From Octopus sinensis (Eukaryota), in contig NC_043015.1 in assembly GCF_006345805.1 (NCBI RefSeq), forward strand, positions 5,704,001 through 5,768,000: a stretch of DNA of 64,000 bases. Reading direction: 5' to 3'. Shown piece after piece: positions 25,401 to 37,639 of the stretch. Numbering within the stretch: position 1 is the first letter of the stretch; each line of letters opens with the position of its first letter. Both the position numbers and the translations under genes were made by a program. The notes beneath the pieces were generated by a model. It saw nothing but the letters and a program-made list of their open reading frames with translations. It did not search any database and was not told where the DNA came from.

Positions 25401-28069
25401 TTATAGTTTTAAAATTATACGTAGTGTCCATGAAATTACTTCGGATATTCCGACGACATTTTCAGACGAGTGATTGGGGAGCTATCCACGTGTCATTCTC
25501 AAAATGTAGATATTCTTCGAATTTTGCAACATATTCCTCGCACTGCTCTCTGACAGTCTTCCGCGCCGTTTTCCTCTTACCAATTTCACTAACACAGCTT
25601 GGTAATATATATTTTGCTCAAGCTGTCATGTAATGGGATCGGATATGGATTGACATGATCTACAATTCGACTTGCTAAACATAGTGTCAAATATTGAATA
25701 CATTAAGTTATTTCATCAGCACCAGAATACAAATTTACCGAAGATTCCTCTTCTCAACGAATATATATCTTACGGATTTATAAGCAAAATCCATATTGGA
25801 AAATATATTCGACCCATATATAAAACTAAGACATATTTATTAATGGAACGCTTGAAGTCGAGAGCCAAGGTGATCAGATGAAAGATAGGCCAAAGCACAT
25901 GTCTAGTTATATGAACATGTGATACATGAAAAGAGAAAATGAGTCTACGACAGAGAAAAACAGAATATCTAGAGAAGGAACACCTACAAAACAGCTAGAG
26001 CAGCTAAGATTCAGAGTCAAACATCCAGCAGAAATTCTTTAAAAAATTAACGTTCTATAGGACTCGTCATATTTTAATAGTTTTACTGTATTGTGTTTTC
26101 TAGAAGGCCAGCACATCTCTGGATAGGAAATCAAAGGAAATCTAAAGATATTGTAGTTGAAGCCCATGCACCAGAATATCATTAGTCTGTGTGACTTCCT
26201 ATAGAGACTTGAGGGTGTCGAGCAGGTACAATCGTTGCCGCGCCAGAGAAAATACTTATTACTGAAAGTAGTATATATATGAATGTAAAAATATATATTA
26301 CTGAAAGGGATCTTCGATTTTTATGACAGGGTAATGTTTTCTGAGGTTTATTTAGTAATATACGTATCATGTGAATATAGAGGAATACAAAATCGTAATC
26401 ATTCAATGTTGCATGTGTTTCATTTATCAGAAAATGAAATGCACCCAAAATGGGATGACCCCGACCAAATTTACTCGTTTGTTAACTAATCACTTGAAAC
26501 AGCGTTATGCCGGATGATGCTCATTGCAAATGTTTCATCCTTTTGTCAAAGGGAAGATGTTGTTGGTGTTTCATGCTTGTTCTGCTCCATTGTAGAATAT
26601 CAATATCAAATTTTAAGGAAGCTCTAATACTGACTATCTCGCCTATGTGTAGGAAGCTTGTATCAAGAACTGTCTTATCCAATATGTCCTTCTTCCTTAT
26701 TGGATTGAGAGTGTGGCGTGAGAAAGAAAGGGTTGGCTGTTATTCTAAGGAAGTCTAACCACCTAACATTGATCAATATCAATTTAAAAGATAGTCTTCT
26801 AGATGTTATTTAACCAACGATATCCTTCGTTTCGAACCAATGGAGGACGTGATAGGGTTGTTAGTCTTTGGAAAATTTCACGCTGGATAATGTGGACTTC
26901 GAATCCTAACATATAGAAAAAAACTGGAGGATTAATAAGAGAAGGCCTTTGATGTTAGTTTGATTCGGTCAAAACTGGCAAAGTCAAAAAATAAAACGAT
27001 TCAACAAAGATTATACAGTTAGGCAGGTGTAATTTTACGTTGCCAGGCAATGAAGCAACCTGTATATGTCAATCTAGCTGCTAGAAATTTCAGCAAATCG
27101 ACTCGAAATTACACACATACACCTTATTAAATACGTTACAGTTGATAATATATAGTTGTTGATATCCATAATGTCTCACCTATTGTTAGTTTGTTATCTT
27201 AGATTACGTAGTTCTTAAAGCCCATAAAGGTGGAAATGATCTCTCTGTGAAAGATGAATATTATCTAAATAATAACGCCAGCAATAAAGACGGTAATTGT
27301 CAGTCATCAGATAGTATCCCCAGCGGTGTTTATTCTGACTTACAATTTGGTATTTTGGATGACTTTAGCCGAGACCATTCTGCTGCAAGAACTCTGAGAG
27401 GCATCAGATTTGCGCATATCTTCCATCCTGATTTCAGTCACAGAGGCACTGTGATAGGTCATAAATATGGTCGACCACCAAAGTTTTAAAAAGAAAATAG
27501 AAGAAAACTCTGTATCGAAAACTTGTATCGAAAATATCACAATAACGGGTTATGAATTTTTGTAACATCAATACAATATATCATTCCACTGCTGGGTTGT
27601 GAACACTAGATACTTTCGCTTTGATAGCTCAAACGAGTTTTGTTTCATTAGTGCCAGTTTTCTCCCAGAATATAAAACGAAAAGATGAAATAACATTTTA
27701 TTATCTCGCTAGTAAATTGCCCAGGTAAAAGATAAACAAACACGGAGGAATATTAATACATGAATAATGATGGTTAGTAAATATAAAATTTAAAGGTTAT
27801 ACACACAGGCGGCAGCCTATAAATAATTAATGTTCTCAACTAAACAGAACATCAGGAGGAGAGTTTCAAAAAGAAAATCATCCTACAAAAAAATCTTAAA
27901 ACATCAAGAATGTGATCGATAGGTACACAAAGATGCAGGCACCCACCAACACCACCCGTGATAAATAAATAAACCGCTCGTATTCACACATATATGTGTA
28001 TGAGTATATATTTGTGTGAATACCTGTATGCCAGTGTGTGCGCTTTGTTTGTGATGTATGTGTGAATGT

Positions 28070-28121
28070 GAATGTATATCTATATAGACATGGATGTAGT
28101 ATATATATACATACATATAAA

Positions 28122-28165
<44 letters not shown>

Positions 28166-28239
28166 ATATATATTATGTATATATATATTATATGTATAAG
28201 CATAGATATATATGCATACATAAATACCTATATATATAC

Positions 28240-28273
<34 letters not shown>

Positions 28274-28406
28274 TACATATATATATAATGTATATACGTA
28301 TACTATATATATATATTCATATATATTTCTATATATTTACAGAGATAAATTTATGACCATGAATCTATATAAATATATATAGATATATATATACCGTATA
28401 TATACA

Positions 28407-28463
<57 letters not shown>

Positions 28464-28486
28464 TCTATATATATACATATATATAC

Positions 28487-28534
<48 letters not shown>

Positions 28535-28562
28535 TATATAATATACATATATATATATATAT
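28070..28562. repeat. (AT)n microsatellite
   Basis: Direct reading. Confidence 0.95.
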
Positions 28563-29401
28563 GGTGTTTGTATGTACATTACGCATATATGCGTGTGCGT
28601 GTCTATATTTAAAGGTATATATAAGTCTATCTATGTGTTGTTGTTTATGTTGTGTGTGTGTTGTGTTATGTGTTGTTGTGTGTGTATGTCGTGTTTGTGT
28701 GTGTATTTGTGCGTTTGTGCTTCTACGTGTGTGATTGCGTGCGCACGTCTATCAATATAATCGATGCACAATCAGGTGTAGTCTCTGTTAGTGATAATTT
28801 ATGGCTTTTCCTCTTACCATTCATGTTTGGAAGGTATTATTAAATATTAGATCATAAATGATATGCAATTATGTATATATATGTAAATATACAATCAATT
28901 TTACTGAACTATGTGTGAGCATTATTTGTTACAATTAGTGTTATTGAGATTTAGATTTTAACCTATATATACGAAATCAAGTAGGTGATGCATACACCTT
29001 TTGTTGGTATGTCAATAAGAATAGAGATTTTGATGAAGCGATTGTACGAACGTGAAACGGCCAAATCAAGTAACGGCGCGTATGTAATATCAATAGTCAA
29101 TAGTCTTGCTAAAGTTACTCGTCTTAATAAAAAACAAGCAGAAAATAAGAAAGATTTCTCATTTATTTGTTAGTGAAGGATTCAGTACTATTTCTGCGAA
29201 TAGTCAACATCACCAGATTTGTGAACAGTAACTATGTACTCCTTCCGATGCCCCCTCGTGTTCTCTATCTTGATTATTTTTGCCCCATGTCTGCTTACCT
29301 TTGGTTAATCCAAACGTGAACAAAGAGAAAACACAACAAAGCGAGGACGTGGAAGAAGTATAGTGTCACTGGACGCTCATGAAAGGAAAGAAAGAAGGAG
29401 A

Positions 29402-29436
29402 ATTTAACGTTTCGAGCGGAGCTCTTCGTCAGAAAC
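29402..29436 (-). ncRNA. Minimal type I hammerhead motif in an H1-related repeat (29315-29510)
   Basis: GUUU-CUGACGA-A-GAGC-ucc-GCUC-GAAACGUU-AAAU: intact core, extra A after A9, palindromic minimal stem III. Confidence 0.7.
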
Positions 29437-29856
29437 ATAGAAAAAAGAAAGGTCTAAGGAAGGGAAGACGGAGAAAGAAAATCACCTACGATACACAGGC
29501 GGTCATGCCTCTTTCTGTTTACAAATTTATATGTTACTCAGTCGATCTTTGTATATATAAACCACTTTGATATGTTATAGATATATATTATCATCGTAAG
29601 AGTTGCTACACACATAAACATACTTACATACAAAAATATAATCATACATATGTACGTATGTTCTTACGATGTTTCCTATTGGACGAACAAGCGAGAAGTT
29701 CTAAATACATGTGTCATATGATATGTACACATGTTCATTGAAACCGATGCTAAAACTTTGTCTCGCAACTTGAGTTTCACGCCATTGCTATATTCAGATA
29801 AGAAGTTTCTTGCCTGAAGTCTTTAGTCTTGAATAGCATGGAAATTACACGTCCAT

Positions 29857-30061
29857 ATTATTATTAATATTATTTTTGTTGTTGTTGTTGTTGTTATCAT
29901 TGTTGTTGTTGTTGTTATTATTATTATCATTATCATCATCATCATCACCATCATCATCACCACCATCATCATCATCGTCATAATTATCATCATCATCATC
30001 ATCATCATCGTCATCGTCATCGTCATAATCATCATCATCATCATCATCATCATCGTCGTCG

Positions 30062-30128
<67 letters not shown>

Positions 30129-30147
30129 ATTTATTATATTATTATTA

Positions 30148-30178
<31 letters not shown>

Positions 30179-30344
30179 TATCATTATTATTATTATTGTT
30201 GTTGTCATTATTATTATCATTATTGTTATTATCATTATTATTATCATTATTATTATTATCATCATTATTATTATTATTATTATTATCATCATTATCATTA
30301 TTATTATCATTATTATTATCATCATTATTATTATTATTATTATC

Positions 30345-30399
<55 letters not shown>

Positions 30400-30400
30400 T
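29857..30400. repeat. (GTT)n/(CAT)n/(ATT)n compound microsatellite
   Basis: Direct reading. Confidence 0.95.
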
Positions 30401-31428
30401 GTCGTCGTTTTTGTTGTTGCCGTTTGGTTCTGGCAGAACTGAAAAACCACTTACAGGATCACTCGTCAGTTCGTTGTAATAGTTTATATGCACTTTATCC
30501 ATCGCTTTTCCGCCTTCTCTCCTCTATCAGATATAGCTTCATACTTGACAAGACAATGGAGAAACATTCAAGTTTACTAAGCTCTATTGTTGTTTCTAAG
30601 AATCTAGTGCCGTTTAGAATAGACACTCTTGTAATGAACAAGTGCCAGGCACAATATATCTCTAGAACTATCGTTACGTATTGCTTTTAGTCAATTAACC
30701 GACGTCACCATGCCAAAGTATGTTCTTTTTGTTTAAAAGCCCTTTGATCAAAGCCGATACAACCATGATCATCTGGTTTTTAAGAAATAATAAATACTTC
30801 GCTGTATTATATACATGTGTTATATAAATACTCTGCTGTGTTATATACGTGTCTGTTTCTATTATTGACTCCAATTGTGTGCAATTTGGTAGAAGCGTAG
30901 CTGCTATTTCTTCAAAAGTTAAATGGTTGTTTTTAAGTATCTTCTGTCGATTAACAAAAGATATACGCAGCAAAGTTACAGCACAAAAACCAGATAGAAT
31001 TGGAATGTGTTACGTTTCAGAAAGCTTTACAATCGATCGCTTACAACTTGTTTCCATAAAAATGAAATTGTCGATTCAGAAAGTCATACAAAATGCCTTC
31101 TGTTATTTCATCTGACTTTGTACTTTATAAGTTCAAATCTCACCAATGTCAATTTACCTTTCATCCTTCCGAATTGATAAAATAATGTACCACTGACGTA
31201 CTGTGATCTATTAAATCGACTGCTTTATTCTGCTGAGTTCTGGGGCAATACAGCTATATAAGAAAGAAGTCTTATTAGCAATGTTCGATTTCTGATCTGT
31301 TTCAACGGATTCTGAAATGAATTGGTTTGGCTATGTGGAAAGACCGCATGAAATTCGTTCGACAATGTGCCATTCGCAAAGAAGACTATGTTGTGAATGA
31401 TCTGCCACGACTGTTTACTAGTAGAATC

Positions 31429-31501
31429 AAAGCATAGTATATTTAAAGCAGAGTATATTCAAAGCGTAGTATATTCAAAGTGTAGTATATTCAAAGCGTA
31501 G
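31429..31501. repeat. 16-bp minisatellite (gtagtatattcaaagc), ~4.5 copies
   Basis: Direct reading. Confidence 0.85.
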
Positions 31502-31772
31502 AAAGAAAAGGAGCAGATCAAAAAATTGGATCGACTTTAGCAAGAAGGGTCTCTTAGGGAACTCCAAAACCACCTTCTTTTGAAAATGGTTGCAACATTG
31601 GAACAAACACTGAAAAATTATTTCCCAAGATTGTAAAAACAGAGCGCACAGAATCTGAGCATACGTTTATCAAAGACGTGGTTACATTCGCGTACACAGG
31701 ACGATGTGTGTGTACATACATTTATACACGCACGTGCACACACGCACACACAGACATATATTATTATTATTA

Positions 31773-31872
<100 letters not shown>

Positions 31873-31894
31873 ATTACTATTATTATTATTATTA

Positions 31895-31933
<39 letters not shown>

Positions 31934-31957
31934 CATAATTATTATTACTATTATTAT

Positions 31958-32438
31958 TTTCCTTCTTTCTTCAAATTTTCTTCCGCTTCTCACCGAGTGT
32001 TTTCCGTACACCTAGGGCAGAGAAGCAGATTGTATGCATTCCCAGATTACACACGCAAATTCACAGGTAAAATATGTATTTAAAAGATTAATAAATAAAT
32101 ACATTCATGAATGGATGTTGTTTTCACAGCGATAATGCTATTCTCAGTACATGAGTCGTTCCAGTTAAGACGATTTTGTTCACCTCCTGTAGGGATGGTA
32201 ATCCTGGTATCATTTTCAAATAGGTTTCAGTACCTTTTTTTATCATTCCTAGAGATCCTACAATCACTGGTACTATAGTCGCCTTGAGATGCCACATTTT
32301 TTCAATTTTTATTAGCAAATCTTTATATTTACTGCTCTTGTCAAATTCTTTCGCCGTTATATTGTGAACGCAAGGAATACTTATGTCAATTAATGAACAT
32401 AGCTTTTTTGTCTGATCTTTTATAATAATATCCGGTTC
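31958..32438 (-). mobile_element. 5'-truncated R4/Dong retrotransposon (restriction-like endonuclease C-terminus plus 3' UTR)
   Basis: PDIIIKDQTKKLCSLIDISIP...KYKDLLIKIEKMWHLKATIVPVIVGSLG...LTGTTHVLRIALSL*. PD..D RLE motif. (TAA)n on both sides. Confidence 0.9.
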
Positions 32439-32480
32439 ATTATTATTACTAATATTATCATTATTATTATTATTATTATT

Positions 32481-32806
32481 CAGTAGTTTTATTTTTATAG
32501 CGCGTGCTTCACTTCACTACCGAGGCAGCTCTGTGTGCCTTGAGTATGTGCTGTGATTTGTTGTGATGCTTATTGTATGGAAAGTGTTTCTGCGTAGGAT
32601 GTGTGCAGTGCCTAGTAGTGCAATTTTTCTGTATGTTAGTGTTTGTAAGTCCTGGTGTTTTGTTATGTATTTGTCTGAATAATTTTTTATCATGCCTAAT
32701 GCACCTACTATGATAGGATTGTTTCTGATTTCAGATTCCAATTCTAGTTACCTCTATTTCCAGGTCTTTGTATTTTGAGAGTTTCTCCATTTCTTTGAGA
32801 GACACA
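32481..32806 (-). mobile_element. 5'-truncated R4/Dong retrotransposon, second subfamily
   Basis: KEMEKLSKYKDLEIEV...PIIVGALGMIK...KIALLGTAHILRR, frameshifted. Different 3' UTR. TAA tail. Confidence 0.88.
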
Positions 32807-32852
32807 ATAACAATAATAATAATAACAACAACAATAATAATAACACAACAAC

Positions 32853-32910
<58 letters not shown>

Positions 32911-32913
<3 letters not shown>

Positions 32914-33299
32914 TTGGCTGATAGGTGGGAGGAGAAACCTCTGCACGGCAAATATGTGACCCGCAGTAAACAAGCTGATGTTGACCAGAAGCAAACCCAT
33001 CAGTGGCTGCGGAGCTCAGGGCTAAAAGCAGAGAGCGAAGGTTTCATCCTGGCTGCTCAAGACCAAAGCCTATTAACCCGGAACTACCAGGCCAATGTGA
33101 TGAAAAATGGAGCAGACCCAAAATGCCGATTCTGCAACGACATGATTGAAACAGTGGACCACCTAATCTCCGGATGTAAAGTCTTAGCACCAGTGGAGTA
33201 TAAACTAAGACATGACCAGAGTTGGCCAATATCTCCACTGGCTAATAAGTCGGCATTACAATATCAAAACTGCCGACAAGTGGTATAATCACCACCCTG
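32911..33299 (+). mobile_element. R4/Dong retrotransposon fragment with CCHC zinc knuckle, running into the gap
   Basis: WEEKPLHGKY...WLRSSGLKAESEGFILAAQDQSLLTRNY...CRFCNDMIETVDHLISGC...RHD.VGQYLHW. Starts directly after (AAT)n. Confidence 0.92.
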
Positions 33300-33399
33300 N
33301 NNNNNNNNNNNNNNNNNNNNNNNNNNNNNNNNNNNNNNNNNNNNNNNNNNNNNNNNNNNNNNNNNNNNNNNNNNNNNNNNNNNNNNNNNNNNNNNNNNN
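33300..33399. other. Assembly gap (100 N)
   Basis: Run of n. Confidence 1.
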
Positions 33400-33444
33400 G
33401 AGCATTGCAGGAAGAGGAGGAAGAGGGGAGTAGAATGATAAGAA

Positions 33445-33475
<31 letters not shown>

Positions 33476-34597
33476 AAGAAGAAGAAAGAAGACGAAGAAG
33501 AAGAAGAAGAGAAGAAGAAGAAATGTTCAATTTACTACGATACCATTACTGACTGATGTTTCTAAGCGAAAACATTCTACCACAAAAGTGTATGAAGTTT
33601 CTGATTGACTTCAAAAAACATTTTATAAGTAGCCCGTTGGCGTGAATGCATTAATGCACTCATGGAATACTTTAACCAACAATATAATACCGAGAGAAAT
33701 ACCACACAGACTTATGCATATGTTCCTGCAGACGTAGATACTTTTAAACATATGCGTAAAAGATTTTCTCACAGATACATTCATCGATAACGCACCAAGG
33801 GAAACGCGCGCATACACAAATGATACACAAAGCATCACAAATATATATGCCATGCTATAACATGTGCAATTAATTCTTTGGTATTGTTGTAAAGACGCTA
33901 TTTTGACGTACTGGGTATCATGGGTACTTTTAAAAATTGGGTTGACTTTACCTATGAGGTGTGAGAACACTCGATTGGTTCCAGCAGGATATAAAATGAA
34001 AGCGACTCTAAGAAGAGAAGAATTGAGTTCAGTACAAGAATAGTGGTCTATTTATCGACCCGAAAAGTATTGACATTTTCCTGATTTGGGGTAAGAGAGC
34101 GTGGAGCCGAACGGATTCGGATTACAGCAAAGCAAAACTACTCGATTGGCCATTACACCTACACACACACACACACACACAAACACACATACAAGTATGT
34201 ATATATACGTACATACATACACATATATAATATATATATGTGGTGTGTGTGTGTATGTATGTATATAATATATATGTATGTATGGGTGTATGTGTGTATA
34301 TATATATTATATATATATATAAAAATTTTGCAATTCAGGACAACTACTTAATAAGGAAAATTAACAAGAAATTGTCAGGTAGATAGCGTAAAAACCTCAT
34401 AGAGAAAAAATTTCGAAAATAATTATTTCTTATTGAACATATATTAATTATATATAGAGGGCATAATTATACATACATGCCAGGAGGCATTATATATACC
34501 TGCCAAACGCTAAGAGGGACAATCAGTCATTTCTACCAAAAATATTACTAATCCCACCGAATGCAATTTTTCAAAGTAAGACATTTAAAAATATATA

Positions 34598-34640
34598 GGC
34601 CTGTATCACAGTGATTCATACTTACGTAATCATCCAGGCC
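34598..34640 (-). ncRNA. Type I hammerhead, array unit 1 (core damaged by indels)
   Basis: Same motif as 36028-36073 but missing core bases (mutation or sequencing error). Confidence 0.5.
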
Positions 34641-35080
34641 TGAATGTATTATAAATAAACAACGACCCTGCCTCGCTTAAGCCGATACAGCTACTGATCA
34701 CATCAACGAAGCACATGGTGAGTTTATATTATTAACATCCGGGTGAATGGCAACTTTTAACAAATTGCATTTCGGGAGAGGATAAGTTTTTTCGGAATAA
34801 AAATTTTTCAATTAAGGACAACTACTTAATAAGGAAAACTTAACAAGAAATTGTCAGGTGATAGCGTAAAACCCCTAATAAAGAAAAAATTTCGAAAATA
34901 ATTATTTCTTATTGAACATATTAATTTATATATAGAGGCATAATTATACATACATGCCAGGAGGCATTATATATACCTGCCAAACGCTAAGAGGGACAAT
35001 CAGTCATTTCTCTACCAAAAATATACTATCATAATCCCACCGAATGCAATTTTTCAAAGTAAGACATTTAAAAATATATA

Positions 35081-35125
35081 GGCCTGTATCACAGTGATTT
35101 CATACTTACGTAATCATCAGCAGCC
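35081..35125 (-). ncRNA. Type I hammerhead ribozyme, array unit 2
   Basis: CUG-CUGAUGA-uUAC-GUAA-GUAu-GAA-AUCA-cug-UGAU-A-CAG. Confidence 0.78.
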
Positions 35126-35564
35126 TGAATGTATTAATAAATAAACAACGACCCTGCCTCGCTTAAGCCGAACAGCTAACTGATCAACATCAACGAAGCA
35201 CATGGGTGAGTTTATATATATTACACATCCGGTGAATGGCAAACTTTTACAAAATTGCATTTCGGGAGAGGAAAAGTTTTTTCGGAATAAAAATTTTGCA
35301 ATTAAGGACAACTACTTAATAAGGAAAACTTAACAAGAAATTGTCAGGTAGATAGCGTAAAAACCTCATAAGAGAAAAAATTTCGAAAATAATTATTTCT
35401 TATTGAACATATTAATTTATATATAGAGGGCATAATTATACATACATGCCAGGAGGCATTATATATACCTGCCAAACGCTAAGAGGGACAATCAGTCATT
35501 TCTACCAAAAATATTACTAATCCCACCGAATGCAATTTTTCAAAGTAAGACATTTAAAAATATA

Positions 35565-35609
35565 GGCCTGTATCACAGTGATTTCATACTTACGTAATCA
35601 TCAGCAGCC
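35565..35609 (-). ncRNA. Type I hammerhead ribozyme, array unit 3
   Basis: Identical motif, 484 nt from unit 2. Confidence 0.78.
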
Positions 35610-36027
35610 TGAATGTATTATAAATAAACAACGACCCTGCCTCGCTTAAGCCGAACAGCTAACTGATCAACATCAACGAAGCCCATGGGTGAGTTTATAT
35701 ATATTACATCCGGTGAATGGCAAACTTTTACAAAATTGCATTTCGGAGAGGAAAAGTTTTTTCGGAATAAAAATTTTGCAATTAAGGACAACTACTTAAT
35801 AAGAAACTTAACAAGAAATTGTCAGGTAGATAGCGTAAAAACCTCATAAGAGAAAAAATTTCGAAAATATTATTTCTTATTGAACATATTAATTTATATA
35901 TAGAGGGCATAATTATACATACATGCCAGGAGGCATTATATATACCTGCCAAACGCTAAGAGGGACAATCAGTCATTTCTACCAAAAATATTACTAATCC
36001 CACCGATTATTATTTATAATACATTCA

Positions 36028-36073
36028 GGCCTGCTGATGATTACGTAAGTATGAAATCACTGTGATACAGGCC
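36028..36073 (+). ncRNA. Type I hammerhead ribozyme, inverted arm copy 1
   Basis: Stem I GGCCUG/CAGGCC, core CUGAUGA, stem II UAC-GUAA-GUA (GNRA loop), GAA, stem III AUCA-cug-UGAU. AUA cleavage predicted after 36067. Confidence 0.85.
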
Positions 36074-36509
36074 TATATATTTTTAAATGTCTTACTTTGA
36101 AAAATTGCATTCGGTGGGATTAGTAATATTTTTGGTAGAAATGACTGATTGTCCCTCTTAGCGTTTGGCAGGTATATATATGCCTCCTGGCTGTATGTAT
36201 AATTATGCCCTCTATAATAAATTAATATGTTCAATAAGAAATAATTATTTTCGAAATTTTTTCTCTTATGAGGTTTTTACGCTATCTACCTGACAATTTC
36301 TTGTTAAGTTTTCCTTATTAAGTAGTTGTCCTTAATTGCAAAATTTTTATTCCGAAAAAACTTTTCCTCTCCCGAAATGCAATTTTGTAAAAGTTTGCCA
36401 TTCACCCCGGATGTAATATATATAAACTCACCCATGTGCTTCGTTGATGTTGATCAGTTAGCTGTTCGGCTTAAGCGAGGCAGGGTCGTTGTTTATTATA
36501 ATACATTCA

Positions 36510-36554
36510 GCCTGCTGATGATTACGTAAGTATGAAATCACTGTGATACAGGCC
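36510..36554 (+). ncRNA. Type I hammerhead ribozyme, inverted arm copy 2
   Basis: Stem I GCCUG/CAGGC, same core. Cleavage predicted after 36548, 481 nt from the previous site. Confidence 0.83.
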
Positions 36555-37146
36555 TATATATTTTTAAATGTCTTACTTTGAAAAATTGCATTCTGTGGGA
36601 TTAGTAATATTTTGGTAGAAATGACTGATTGTCCCTCTTAGCGTTTGGCAGGTATATATAATGCCTCCTGCATGTATGTATAATTATGCCCTCTATATAT
36701 AAAATTTAATATATATATATATATATTATACGCTTTCTAGTACGTTAGAACGCATGGCGCATTTATTGTGGTATATCGTGCCAGACAGACATTGCTATAG
36801 TTTTATATGCCCACGGGCATATGGCGTAGAAGTTAAGAGCACGGGTACTAACCCCATTACTCCGAATCCGATTTCATGCAGTGACCTGGTCAATTAGCAG
36901 CGACTCCCTCTAAGAATATCTGCGGGAATATTATTCCGAAATATCATATCAGACTATGGATGACTAAATTACAACAGTTATATAGCCCATTGCCTGTATT
37001 ATAGTGCATTGTTGTACCATTCAAGACACTTTTCCTTTACAAACAATACAGAATACTTCAAGCGGACAGAAATACTCTCCTATAATAATAATGATAATAA
37101 TAATAATAATAATATTAATAATAACAATAACATAATAATGATGATG

Positions 37147-37185
<39 letters not shown>

Positions 37186-37200
37186 TAATAATAATAATAA

Positions 37201-37452
37201 CCAGGAAACCCAAAAATGGCAGAAATTCAAAATATAGTGGGAACTGCTCATATCCTACGCAAAATACTTTCTATGTAATCTCAAGGTTTAAAACAAACAT
37301 TTTTTTTATACATCCACTAGTACAACACAAGAAACAACCAAATATGGCACACTAGGCATAACAACAACGTGAACTTCCAACCTGTTGTCTCTTGAGGTCT
37401 CTGGGTGAGACTTGGAGCCAACTTGTACAAATATAAAGCAAAAGTCAAACAT
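37201..37452 (+). mobile_element. Short 3' end of an R4/Dong retrotransposon within (TAA)n
   Basis: PGNPKMAEIQNIVGTAHILRKILSM* followed by a 3' UTR and taataat. Confidence 0.8.
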
Positions 37453-37593
37453 ATAATAATACCAATAATGTTCCTAATAATAACAATAATAATAATAGTA
37501 ATAATAATGATAATAATAATGATAGTAATAACAACAACAAAAACATTGAAAAAAAACTTAGAAATGATAACCCAGGTTCGAAATTTCCCCAAA

Positions 37594-37639
37594 GACAGCT
37601 GAAGAAGGCTGTAGGATATATCAGCCGAAACGTTGTGTT
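37594..37639 (+). ncRNA. Minimal type I hammerhead in a Penelope pLTR-like remnant (~37545-37695)
   Basis: CUGAAGA-A-GGCUG-uaggauauau-CAGCC-GAAACGUU-GUGU. Stem I has a G.G mismatch at the first pair. Confidence 0.65.

Larger units (their letters stand above)
34321..36712. mobile_element. Hammerhead-bearing ~483-bp monomer array: ~3.5 direct units (34321-36006) plus ~1.5 inverted units (36011-36712), in (AT)n; retrozyme-like or Penelope pLTR-like
   Basis: Unit starts at ~34321, 34800, 35290 and 35770. Inversion junction at ~36006-36011. Five hammerhead motifs, spaced one unit apart within each arm. No credible ORF. Confidence 0.85.

Noticed and set aside
27247-27489. 80-aa complex ORF as a possible host exon
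   Set aside because: No recognisable domain, GTG start and no supporting neighbouring exons.
31429-31501. Short direct repeats as a possible CRISPR array
   Set aside because: Contiguous 16-bp units with no spacers in a eukaryotic context. It is a minisatellite.
35117-36529. 64-67 aa ORFs in the array monomer
   Set aside because: Short, non-ATG start, disrupted differently in each unit, no recognisable RT or GIY-YIG motif.
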